In this document: piece by piece, positions 27,937 to 36,670 of the stretch
Position numbering within the stretch: the stretch's first letter is position 1
How the letters are laid out: each line of letters starts with the position of its first letter
NCBI GenBank assembly: GCA_046728175.1
Contig: JBKPEA010000029.1
Span: 5,502 to 69,501, forward strand
DNA: 64,000 bases
From: Thermodesulfobacteriota bacterium
GTDB taxonomy: Bacteria; Desulfobacterota; Binatia; Binatales; Binataceae
Direction of reading: 5' to 3'
The notes under the pieces: generated by a model
What the model was told of the DNA's origin: nothing
Seen by the model: only the letters and a program-made list of their open reading frames with translations
Database searches by the model: none
Translations under genes and position numbers: made by a program

Positions 27937-28215
27937 ATGCCGCTCAGGACCAAAATCGAATGCCCGGAATGCGAAGCCGATCTCGCCGTCAAGCGGGGTG
28001 GGGTGTGTCCCAACTGCGGCGCACGAATCTCCGAGCACGTCGCGCGGGTTCGGCGCCGCGAGCGTCGCATCGAACAGGTCGTCGCGATAATCGGTACCGC
28101 GCTGGTGCTGGGGTTGTTTCTTGCGACCAGCGGGGCAAGCCTGCTTGAAGGGGTTGCGGCATACGCGCTGGTGGGGGCGGGGCTGTACTTTCTCGCCCAG
28201 CGCACTTTTTTTTGA
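27937..28215 (+). CDS. small zinc-ribbon membrane protein (CPEC...CPNC + 2 TM)
   Basis: The protein is 92 aa with CPECEADLAVKRGGVCPNCGA followed by two hydrophobic helices. Confidence 0.45.
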   Translation: MPLRTKIECPECEADLAVKRGGVCPNCGARISEHVARVRRRERRIEQVVAIIGTALVLGLFLATSGASLLEGVAAYALVGAGLYFLAQRTFF

Positions 28216-28244
28216 CTTTTGGGTCGCAGTTCTGTCGGCAGGCT

Positions 28245-29261
28245 CTAGGCTGCCCGCCAGGCTTGGGCGAGGTTCTCGATCGCCTTCAGGAGCCGGCTGC
28301 GGCGTTCCTCCGGGGTTTTCGCAAAGGATGAGAACTGCAGGGCACTCGTGGTGACGCCCGCTCGTTCGAAGTCCTTGAGTCGCCGGGCGCACTGTGCGGG
28401 GCTGCCAAAGACGAAGATTTTCTCGACCATTCCATCTGGAATCGATTCGAGTGCTTTCTTGCGGTCACCGGTATTCCACGCCTCGAACGCGATACCGGCT
28501 TCTTTCTCATAACCGATCTCGCGGAAAAACTTGTTGTATTGCGGGACGGTCACGTACGCGGTCAGCGAGCGGCGGAACATCGAGCGTACCGTTTCCTCAT
28601 CTTCATCGACCGCGCAGATAATCCGGCATGCCACATCCAGCGCGGCGGGATCCTTGCCGGACGCGCGTCGACCTTCGCGCGTTTCGTCAAGTGTCGCCGA
28701 CAAGGTTTCCGGAGTGACAAAATTGACGATCACTCCGTCGCCGATTTCTCCCGCGACGCGCAGCATCTGCGAGCCCTGCGCCCCGACATAGATCGGCGGC
28801 GGAGTGTCGAAAGGCACGTCGAGTCGAAAGCCGTCGATATTGACCATTTTGCCGTGCAGCGTGACTTTTTCGCGGCGAAAAATCGCGCGCAGCGCCTCCA
28901 CCGTTTCGCGCATCAGGGTGACGGGTTTGCGAAAGGGGACGCCCATCCATCCCTGCATGATATTGGAAGTCGAGATGCCGAGCCCGAGCACGAAGCGGCC
29001 GCCGGTAATCAGCTGGGCCGTGATGGCGGACATCGCGATCAGGGCGGGGGGACGGCTAAAAACCGGCACGATCGCCGTGCCGAAGCGCATCTTCGAGGAC
29101 AGCATCGCGGCAGCGCTGATCGGCGAGAAGGCGTCCGTAGTGTACGACTCGTAAGACCAGCCCTCCGTGTACCCGCAGCGCTCGGCGGTGCGCACGAGTT
29201 CCGGGAAATGTTCGTGGGAGAAAAACGGGTCAAACGGAATGGTAACGCCAAGCTTCATCAT
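28245..29261 (-). CDS. LLM-class (luciferase-like) flavin/F420-dependent oxidoreductase
   Basis: The TIM-barrel LLM signature is present across its full length. The protein is 338 aa. Confidence 0.85.
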   Translation of the reverse strand: MMKLGVTIPFDPFFSHEHFPELVRTAERCGYTEGWSYESYTTDAFSPISAAAMLSSKMRFGTAIVPVFSRPPALIAMSAITAQLITGGRFVLGLGISTSNIMQGWMGVPFRKPVTLMRETVEALRAIFRREKVTLHGKMVNIDGFRLDVPFDTPPPIYVGAQGSQMLRVAGEIGDGVIVNFVTPETLSATLDETREGRRASGKDPAALDVACRIICAVDEDEETVRSMFRRSLTAYVTVPQYNKFFREIGYEKEAGIAFEAWNTGDRKKALESIPDGMVEKIFVFGSPAQCARRLKDFERAGVTTSALQFSSFAKTPEERRSRLLKAIENLAQAWRAA

Positions 29262-29384
29262 GATGGAGTTCCTTAGTCGCTGAAATGTAGCGCAGTTCCG
29301 GAGCGGTTTCCTACCGGCGAGACGACGATCGCGTGGCGCCCGAGGCGATTGAGATTTGTCTGACCCCGGGCGCTTGCGCCGGGA

Positions 29385-32279
29385 TCAGGACCCGGATGGT
29401 TCTGCGTTCCCCTGTCCCGAACGCCCCGCGAGCACCTGTGCAATATGAAGCGGCTTCCGATTGGGGCAGAAGTGGCGAATTTGCGAACGACAGGAAAACC
29501 CGTCGGCAATGATGATCGTGTCTGGCCTGCTGGCTTTCAATTTCGGGATCAGAACCCGCTCACCGATCTTCGCGGACAGCTGGTAGTTCTCCCGGTCATA
29601 ACCGAACGCACCCGCCATTCCACAACAGCCCGAGTCGAGCACCTCGACCTGCAGGCCGTCTACCCGCGACAGCAGCTTCACCTCGCAATCAAGACCGGCG
29701 ATGGCCTTCTGATGGCAATGGCCATGCAACACGGCCTGTCCGTGAATTGCTCGGGGAACAAAATCCGGTGCCTCGCGCGTGAGATATTCCTCGAGCAGCA
29801 TCGCACGATTGGCCAGGGCGGCGGCCCGCGCATCGCGTGGGAACAACTTGGGCAGCTCGTCGCGGAAGGTCAGAATGCAGCTCGGCTCAAGCCCCACGAT
29901 TGCGACCCCTCGCTGCGCGAGGGGGGCGAGCAGCTCAAGCGCGTTGCTGAGAACCCGTTGGGCGCGATCGAGCATTCCCTGATCGTAGAGCGGACGGCCG
30001 CAGCACACGTCGCGCACCGGAATCGATACTTCACAACCGGCTCGTTCGAGGACTTCGACCGCGGCCGCCGCAACTGCGGGCTCGAAAAAACGGTTGAAGG
30101 TATCCGGAAACAACAGGACCTGACGGTCCGCAGAGCCTGAAATTCGCGGTCGGCCCGTGAACCAGGCGCGGAAATCCTGATGGGCAAAACGCGGCAGCTT
30201 GCGGGCGCTATGAACTCCCAGGGCGCTCTTCGCCAGCGACCGAAGCAGCGGTGCGTGGGCGAGGAAATTCGCAAGGCCGGGCGCAGATGAAGCCACGCGC
30301 GCGAAATCGTGCAGGCGCCCAAAGAACTGCGCCTTTAGGGGACGTCTGTTTCGCGCCCAGTACTGCGCGAAGAATTCGGCGCGATATGCCGCCATGTCGA
30401 CCGCCGCCGGGCATTCACTCAGGCAGCCCTTGCACGAGAGGCAAAGGTCCAGCGCTTCCTTGACTGCCGAATCCACCAACCCGCCCTCTAGGAGGTCACC
30501 GGTCAGCGCTTCGAACAGCAGCCGGGCGCGCCCGCGCGTTGAATGTTTCTCATCGCGAGTCGCCATGTAGGACGGGCACATCGTGCCGGTGTCGGTCTTC
30601 CTGCACTTGCCGAGCCCGACGCATTTGAGCGCTGCACCGGCCAGCCCGCCTTCCAAGGAAAAGTCAAAGTGGGTCGGCACCCGGCGCGGCGAATAATTGG
30701 CGGCGAGCTTCAGATGAGAGTCGAGCGGGTGAGGATCCACGATCACGCCGGGATTCATTCGGAAGCCGGGATCAAAGGCACGTTTGAATTCGCGGAAGGC
30801 ATCGATCAAGTCGCTGGGATACATCGCCGGGAGCAGCTCCGAACGCGCAATCCCATCGCCATGCTCTCCCGACAGCGAACCGCCAAACTCCGCGACCAGC
30901 TCCGCGATTTGTTCCATGGTGCGACGGAACACCGCCACCCCCTCGCGAGAGCCCAGATCAAAACTGATTCGCGCATGAACGCATCCTTCGCCGAAGTGTC
31001 CATAGTAGGTGGCCGCCGTGAGCGAATGGCTGGTCAGCAGCTGGTTGAACCGCCGCAGATACGCGCCCAACCGCTCCGGTGGGACGGCGGCATCCTCTGC
31101 GCCGGGCCAGGTCCGCGGTCGGCCGGGAATAAAAGCCCCTGCCCCAAGACCCGACTCGCGCAGCCGCCAGACCGCTGTTTGGGCGGCTCCATCGGATAGG
31201 ATTTTCGTGCCCGAGCATTCCCGAATTTTCCGGGCTTCGTCGGCGAGCCGTGCGGCCCGCTCGTAGGCTTCGGCCGCGGAATCCGCGCCAAGCTCGACGA
31301 TCAGAAACGCGCGGCCTTCCGGCAGGAATCGCACGCCAGGCATGCCTTTGATGCGTGCGAAGTCGGGGAGGTTTTGGTCGAATCCCTCCAGTGCCTCCGG
31401 CCGATGGCGCAGGAGCCAGGGCGTCTGGTCGGCGGCCGCGTACACGTCGTCGAACCCGAGCACCACCAGCGTGACGGACTTGGGACGCGGTACCAGACGC
31501 AGTGTCGCGCGAAGGGTTATCGCGCAGGTACCCTCGCTGCCGACCAGGGCACGCGCCAGGTTGAATCCGCGCTCCGGCAGCAGTTCATCGAGATTGTAGC
31601 CGGACACGCGCCGGGGGATGTTTGGAAAATGGGCGCGAACTGATTGCGCGGTTCGTTTGCGAAGATCCGTGAGCGCCCGTAGTAACTCCGCCTCTCGGCC
31701 GGGCGCGGCCATCCGTGCCTGGATCTTCTCCTCGGTCATCGGGCCGGTAAGAGTAAAGCGGGTCCCGTCGTAGAGGATCGCCTCGAGAGCCTCCACATTG
31801 TCGACCGTCTTGCCGTAGGCGGCGGAATGCGAGCCGCACGAATTGTTGCCCACCATCCCGCCGATAGTGCAGCGATCCTTGGTCGCCGGGTCGGGCGCGA
31901 AGAACAGGTCCGACGAGGCCAGCGCGTCGTTAAGGTGACTTTGCACCACCCCCGGTTCGACCAGCGCGGTACGACGTTGGACGTCGACGGCGACGATGCG
32001 ATTCATGAATTTTGAAAAGTCGAGCACCAGCGCCGCGTTGGTTGCCTGGCCGGCCAGGCTGGTTCCCCCTCCCCGTGCGAGAATCGGCAGTGCATTTTCA
32101 CGGGCGATGCGAAGCGCGGTCGCCACATCGCCGTCGTGGCGTGGTGCGATGACGCCAATCGGAATCTGGCGATAGTTGGAGGCGTCGGTCGAATAAACCG
32201 TCTGGGTGCCCTTGTCGAAGCTGACATCCCCCTCGATTGAGCGCTCAAGTTCACCCAGGATGGAGGTGAGCGAAGTCAT
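29385..32279 (-). CDS. FAD-binding (GlcD-like) and Fe-S (GlcF/CCG-like) fusion oxidoreductase, YdiJ-like
   Basis: There is an N-terminal FAD-binding PCMH domain (ARGGGTSLAGQ). The C-terminal has cysteine clusters (CxxCxxC...CP) and CCG domains. The protein is 964 aa. Confidence 0.85.
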   Translation of the reverse strand: MTSLTSILGELERSIEGDVSFDKGTQTVYSTDASNYRQIPIGVIAPRHDGDVATALRIARENALPILARGGGTSLAGQATNAALVLDFSKFMNRIVAVDVQRRTALVEPGVVQSHLNDALASSDLFFAPDPATKDRCTIGGMVGNNSCGSHSAAYGKTVDNVEALEAILYDGTRFTLTGPMTEEKIQARMAAPGREAELLRALTDLRKRTAQSVRAHFPNIPRRVSGYNLDELLPERGFNLARALVGSEGTCAITLRATLRLVPRPKSVTLVVLGFDDVYAAADQTPWLLRHRPEALEGFDQNLPDFARIKGMPGVRFLPEGRAFLIVELGADSAAEAYERAARLADEARKIRECSGTKILSDGAAQTAVWRLRESGLGAGAFIPGRPRTWPGAEDAAVPPERLGAYLRRFNQLLTSHSLTAATYYGHFGEGCVHARISFDLGSREGVAVFRRTMEQIAELVAEFGGSLSGEHGDGIARSELLPAMYPSDLIDAFREFKRAFDPGFRMNPGVIVDPHPLDSHLKLAANYSPRRVPTHFDFSLEGGLAGAALKCVGLGKCRKTDTGTMCPSYMATRDEKHSTRGRARLLFEALTGDLLEGGLVDSAVKEALDLCLSCKGCLSECPAAVDMAAYRAEFFAQYWARNRRPLKAQFFGRLHDFARVASSAPGLANFLAHAPLLRSLAKSALGVHSARKLPRFAHQDFRAWFTGRPRISGSADRQVLLFPDTFNRFFEPAVAAAAVEVLERAGCEVSIPVRDVCCGRPLYDQGMLDRAQRVLSNALELLAPLAQRGVAIVGLEPSCILTFRDELPKLFPRDARAAALANRAMLLEEYLTREAPDFVPRAIHGQAVLHGHCHQKAIAGLDCEVKLLSRVDGLQVEVLDSGCCGMAGAFGYDRENYQLSAKIGERVLIPKLKASRPDTIIIADGFSCRSQIRHFCPNRKPLHIAQVLAGRSGQGNAEPSGS

Positions 32280-32348
32280 CTCAATCCTGGATTCTAGTCC
32301 AGTTGAGGCGTTCGCCTAACGCCCTAAGAAGCCGGAAACTAACCTGCT

Positions 32349-32664
32349 TCAGTTAAGCTGTACGGCGGTTTTAACGTCGCGCTTGAAATCCGTTTCGAAA
32401 TAGTACTTGTGGCCCTGGTAGGAGAAGTAAAGCTCCTCGGCGCCGGATTCCATCGGTATCGCCAAAGTAGGTTCGCCCATCTTTGCCACCAGCTCCTTGC
32501 GGTCCTTCCCGATCCACTCGGGAAGGCGTTTCTCCTGAGAGGGGCCGAGTTATCTCGGGCAATCCCGGAAACTGTCGCTCTTCGGAAAAGTACGTCACGC
32601 ATCCCGCTGCCCACAGCAGAATTGCCAACAGGAATAGGCGTTGTAGTGCTCGTAACTCGCTCAA
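32349..32664 (-). pseudogene. probable frameshifted small lipoprotein gene (BamE/SmpA-OmlA-like)
   Basis: A TTG start at 32664 follows a GGAG ribosome-binding site. The signal peptide plus lipobox (LLAILLWAAG|C) is in one frame. In the +1 frame the downstream sequence reads LPEWIGKDRKELVAKMGEPTLAIPMESGAEELYFSYQGHKYYFETDFKRDVKTAVQLN, which looks protein-like, down to TGA at 32349. The frame change is near 32535. Confidence 0.4.
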
Positions 32665-32799
32665 GATTCGGCTCCGGTCGGGTCGCTACGCTCCGTGGCG
32701 AGACCAGGCATCGGGTGCGAGGCGAATCTAGCGGCGGGGCGAACCCCCGGTAAACGGAATCTTGGTTTAAGAGATCGATGCGAAATTGTTACTGCGGCT

Positions 32800-34047
32800 T
32801 TACAGGTCTTTCAGTCCCGCCCGGGGTGCCCCGATCAGCGCCGCCATATTTCCCTCGGGCGCGCGATTCTCAAGCATTAGCTGGTGGCAGTGTCCGATCT
32901 CTTCAAACTTGAAGGTCTTGCCCAGGCACGGATCGATCTTGCCGTCGATCACGAGCCGGTTGAACGCGTACGACTGCTCGTCGTTGGCGAAATGTGATCC
33001 CTGCAGCCGCTTTTGCCGCATCCACAGGTAGCGAAGGTCAATCGTCGCGTTGTAACCCGTATGACCCGCGCAGATGACTACCATCCCACCCGTATCGCAG
33101 ACGAAGACCGAGGTCGGGATGGTGTCTTCGCCCGGGAATTCGAACACCAGTCGGGGGCTCTTGCGCTCTCCCACTATGTCCCAGAGCGCCTTGCCGAAGT
33201 TGCGCGCCTCACTGGTCCATTTGCCGAAGGACGCGTCATCTTTCCAGTGCGGCAGCATGCCCCAGTGCTTGAAGTGCTTGCGATTGATGCAGCCTTTGGC
33301 GCCCAGTTTCTTGCAGAATTCGATCTTGCGGTCGTCGCCAACCACGCCCACCGGCATTCCCCCGGCGGCCCTGACGATTTGGATCGCCATCGAGCCGAGT
33401 CCCCCTGAGGCGCCCCAGATCAGGACCACGTCGCCGTGGCGAACCGTATGCGGTGGCCATCCCATCAGCATGCGATAGGCGGTCGAACCCACCAGCGTGG
33501 GAGCGGCGGCATCTTCCCAGCTGAGATGCTTCGCTTTAGGCATGCACTGATGAGCCTGCACTTTGGTAAATTGCGCAAAGCTGCCCCAATTCGTTTCGTA
33601 GCCCCAGATTTTGAAAGACGGGTCGTACATCGGATCGTCGCCATTGCGTACCGCGGGGCAGTCCCTGTCCCAGACGCCGCAATGAATCACCACCTGATCG
33701 CCGACCTTGACGTTTTGCACCTGGCTGCCAATCGCGTAGACGATGCCCGATGCGTCGCTGCCGCCGATATGAAAGTCGGAGTGGTCGTACTTGGCTTTTT
33801 TGCGGGCCGCGATCACGTCGATGGGAGACCCGAGCGCCGCCCACACGTTGTTGTAGTTGATTCCCGCGGCCATCACATAAACCAGGACTTCGTCCGGCTT
33901 GAGCTTCGGCACCTCGACCTTTTCGGTTCGAAAGGCCTGGGTGGGATGGCCGAAGCGGTCCGCGCGAATCAGCTGACCGTACATGCGCTTGGGCACGTGC
34001 CCGATGGGGGGAAGTTCGCCGATTTCGTAGATTTCCTTGTAGCTCAT
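32800..34047 (-). CDS. ccr: crotonyl-CoA carboxylase/reductase family enzyme
   Basis: Ccr-specific blocks are present: [68 protein letters not shown] and LQGSHFAN. The protein is 415 aa. Confidence 0.85.
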   Translation of the reverse strand: MSYKEIYEIGELPPIGHVPKRMYGQLIRADRFGHPTQAFRTEKVEVPKLKPDEVLVYVMAAGINYNNVWAALGSPIDVIAARKKAKYDHSDFHIGGSDASGIVYAIGSQVQNVKVGDQVVIHCGVWDRDCPAVRNGDDPMYDPSFKIWGYETNWGSFAQFTKVQAHQCMPKAKHLSWEDAAAPTLVGSTAYRMLMGWPPHTVRHGDVVLIWGASGGLGSMAIQIVRAAGGMPVGVVGDDRKIEFCKKLGAKGCINRKHFKHWGMLPHWKDDASFGKWTSEARNFGKALWDIVGERKSPRLVFEFPGEDTIPTSVFVCDTGGMVVICAGHTGYNATIDLRYLWMRQKRLQGSHFANDEQSYAFNRLVIDGKIDPCLGKTFKFEEIGHCHQLMLENRAPEGNMAALIGAPRAGLKDL

Positions 34048-34204
34048 ATAGCTCAGTTACCACCGTGGCAGGCGGTTGGTTCGGCACTCCGGGAAGCCGT
34101 TATTGACTAGCCACAGCATTGCACAGGCTGATGGTCCGCGATGTAAAAAATTGACGCGGCTGAACGTTTTGCCCCGGGCTGCGGAGACACTAGCTACCTG
34201 TTTG

Positions 34205-34228
34205 CTCAACCTGTGACAACAGGTTGAG
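34205..34228. promoter_or_regulatory. perfect 10-bp inverted repeat CTCAACCTGT-gaca-ACAGGTTGAG in the ccr / MaoC divergent intergenic region (candidate operator)
   Basis: It is read directly from the sequence. It lies 158 bp from the ccr start and 262 bp from the MaoC start. Confidence 0.45.
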
Positions 34229-34489
34229 TTGCAGGGCTGGCAGTCGGCCCGAAGTCCTTCACGCTGGCTTATCCAGGACTCCATTTGCGGCAACCCGCCC
34301 TAATGAAAGGTTGACCCAGCTACGCGGATTCCATAAAAGGGCATCGGCTTTGACGGAGCCTGCGGCCGCGCCAATCCGTAGGGCGAGGATTCAATCAGGT
34401 TTCTGAAAACCGGGGCGAAATTATCGTTCGCGGTGCGGCGACGGGGTTGGCTAGAATCGCCCTAACCATATCTCTGGCGGGAAATCGGC

Positions 34490-34963
34490 ATGGCGGTACG
34501 GAAAATCGAGCGGGGCCACTACTTCGAGGATTTCGAGGTTGGGCACCTGTTCCTGCACCATTGGGGACGTACGATTACGGAAGGCGACAACGCTTTCTTC
34601 TCGTCGGTCACCATGAATTTCAACCCCGCGTATTTCAATCGCGAGTACGCGCGTTCGCTGGGCTACCAGGGCGTGATCGTCAATCACCTGCTGGTAATGA
34701 ACGTTGTGTTCGGGCTTTCGGTGGAAGACCTCAGCGAGCGAGCGATCGCTCACCTCGGCTACGAAAAGCTCAAGTACCTGGCAACCGTGTATCCGGGCGA
34801 CACGCTGACCAGCGAATCGCTGGTGCTCGAAAAGCGTGACACCTCGCGTCCCGACCGCGGCGTAGTGAGGTTCCGCACCAGCGGCTACAACCAACGCGGC
34901 GAGAAGGTGCTCGAATACGAGCGCCCGGTGCTCATTCGCAAGCGCAACGTCAAGGCAGGGTGA
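34490..34963 (+). CDS. MaoC-like (single hot-dog) acyl-CoA hydratase/dehydratase subunit
   Basis: The protein is 157 aa with YFEDFEVGHLF...GRTITEGDNAFFSSVTMNFNPAYFN, the MaoC dehydratase N-terminal pattern. Confidence 0.8.
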   Translation: MAVRKIERGHYFEDFEVGHLFLHHWGRTITEGDNAFFSSVTMNFNPAYFNREYARSLGYQGVIVNHLLVMNVVFGLSVEDLSERAIAHLGYEKLKYLATVYPGDTLTSESLVLEKRDTSRPDRGVVRFRTSGYNQRGEKVLEYERPVLIRKRNVKAG

Positions 34964-34970
34964 TCTGAAA

Positions 34971-36140
34971 ATGGCGCTGGTTACACCAGAACACGAGGAA
35001 ATTCGTCGCTCGGTTCGCGACTTCGTCGAGGCCGAAGTAAAGCCGATCGCCAACGACCTCGATCGTGAGAACAAGGAGATTCCCGAACAGATCCTGAAGA
35101 AGATGGCGGAGCTGGGCTACTTCGGCGTCATCTTTCCTGCCGAAGAAGGAGGCTTGGGCCTCGACTACATTGCGATGGCGATCGTTACCGAGGAACTGTC
35201 GCGCGGATGGCTTTCGGTCGGCTCGGTCATGACCCGCAATATCATCACCGGCACGCTCATCAGCGCCAACGGAACGGCCGAGCAGAAGAAGCGGTTTATG
35301 TCAAAGATTGCGCGGGGCGACATCCTGACGGCCGCGGCGTTCACCGAGCCGGACTCCGGCTCCGACACCGCGTCTTTCAAAACTCGCGCGGTCAGAAAGG
35401 GCGACGGCTATCTGATCCACGGCTCCAAGATGTGGTGCACGTTCGCGAATCGCGCGCAGATGCTGACGGTGATGACCCGAACCGATCCTGATGTCTCCAA
35501 GCGTCACCGCGGGCTTTCGCTGATCCTGTTCGAGAAGGAGCCGGGCGATGATTTTATGCCGCCGCAGCTGACCGGATCGGCGATTCCAACCATCGGCTAC
35601 CACGGGATGCGCAGCTACGCGCTGCAATTTGATGAGGCCTACGCTCCCGCGGAAAACCTGATCGGCGGGCAGGAGGGCCGGGGATTTTACCAGCTCATGT
35701 CCTCGTACGAGGCCGCGCGCGTGCAGACCGCAGCCCGCGCGGTGGGGGTCGCGCAGGCGGCTTTCGAGTGCGCGGTCAAATACGCCAAGCAGCGCACGCA
35801 GTTTGGCCAGCCGATCGGCGACTTCCAGGTTATTCGCCACAAGCTCGCACACATGGCGGTCGAAATTGAGGCGGGGCGCCAGCTTTGTTACTACGCGGCA
35901 TCGCAAAAAGACACCGGCAAACGCAGCGACTACGAGGCGGGCCTGGCCAAAGCGTTTGGCGCCGAGATGGCCGAGCGCGTCACGCGTGAGGCGATGCAGA
36001 TTCACGGCGGATACGGATATTCGATGGAGTTCGAGGCGCAGCGATTCTGGCGAGATGCGCGCGTGCTGTCGATCTTCGAAGGCACCAGCGAGATTCAGTA
36101 TGAGGTCATCGGCCGCCGAATCATGGAGCAGCAGGGCTGA
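34971..36140 (+). CDS. acyl-CoA dehydrogenase
   Basis: The ACAD fold is present along its full length, including the catalytic-region YEGTSEIQ-like motif (IFEGTSEIQYEVIGR). The protein is 389 aa. Confidence 0.9.
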   Translation: MALVTPEHEEIRRSVRDFVEAEVKPIANDLDRENKEIPEQILKKMAELGYFGVIFPAEEGGLGLDYIAMAIVTEELSRGWLSVGSVMTRNIITGTLISANGTAEQKKRFMSKIARGDILTAAAFTEPDSGSDTASFKTRAVRKGDGYLIHGSKMWCTFANRAQMLTVMTRTDPDVSKRHRGLSLILFEKEPGDDFMPPQLTGSAIPTIGYHGMRSYALQFDEAYAPAENLIGGQEGRGFYQLMSSYEAARVQTAARAVGVAQAAFECAVKYAKQRTQFGQPIGDFQVIRHKLAHMAVEIEAGRQLCYYAASQKDTGKRSDYEAGLAKAFGAEMAERVTREAMQIHGGYGYSMEFEAQRFWRDARVLSIFEGTSEIQYEVIGRRIMEQQG

Positions 36141-36141
36141 C

Positions 36142-36627
36142 ATGAGCATTACCAGCGACGGCAGTTATTTCGAGGACTTCACGGTCGGGGACACGCTGGT
36201 CCATCAGCGCGGACGGACCATCATCGAATCGGACAACCACATTTTCACTTCGCTGGTGATGAACACCGCCGAGCTGCACTTCAACCAGAACTTTGTCGAC
36301 CGCGATCCCAAGACCTACTACGACGGGCGCCGGGTGGTATATGGCGGAGTGGTACTCGCCTTCACCGTCGGACTCGCTTCCGAAGACACCAGCGAGAACG
36401 CGATCGCGGAAGTGGAAATGGACAACGGGAGGCACACGAATCCGGTCTTTCACGGGGATACCATCTACGCGGAGTCGACCGTGTTGGAAAAGCATGATTC
36501 CAGTCGACCTGACGCCGGTCTCGTGAAGTTCAAGCTCGTCGGCAAGAAGCCCGACGGTACCCAGGTCGTGGAAATCGAGCGGACGGTTCTTATCAAGCGA
36601 AAATCGCACTTTCTGAGGAAGGCCTGA
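36142..36627 (+). CDS. MaoC-like (single hot-dog) acyl-CoA hydratase/dehydratase subunit, second copy
   Basis: The protein is 161 aa with YFEDFTVGDTL...GRTIIESDNHIFTSLVMN. The ATG begins 2 nt after the ACAD stop, indicating translational coupling. Confidence 0.8.
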   Translation: MSITSDGSYFEDFTVGDTLVHQRGRTIIESDNHIFTSLVMNTAELHFNQNFVDRDPKTYYDGRRVVYGGVVLAFTVGLASEDTSENAIAEVEMDNGRHTNPVFHGDTIYAESTVLEKHDSSRPDAGLVKFKLVGKKPDGTQVVEIERTVLIKRKSHFLRKA

Positions 36628-36670
36628 CGCGCAGGCGAGCGGCTATTTTCTCCAAAGGCAGGAAAAGCAA

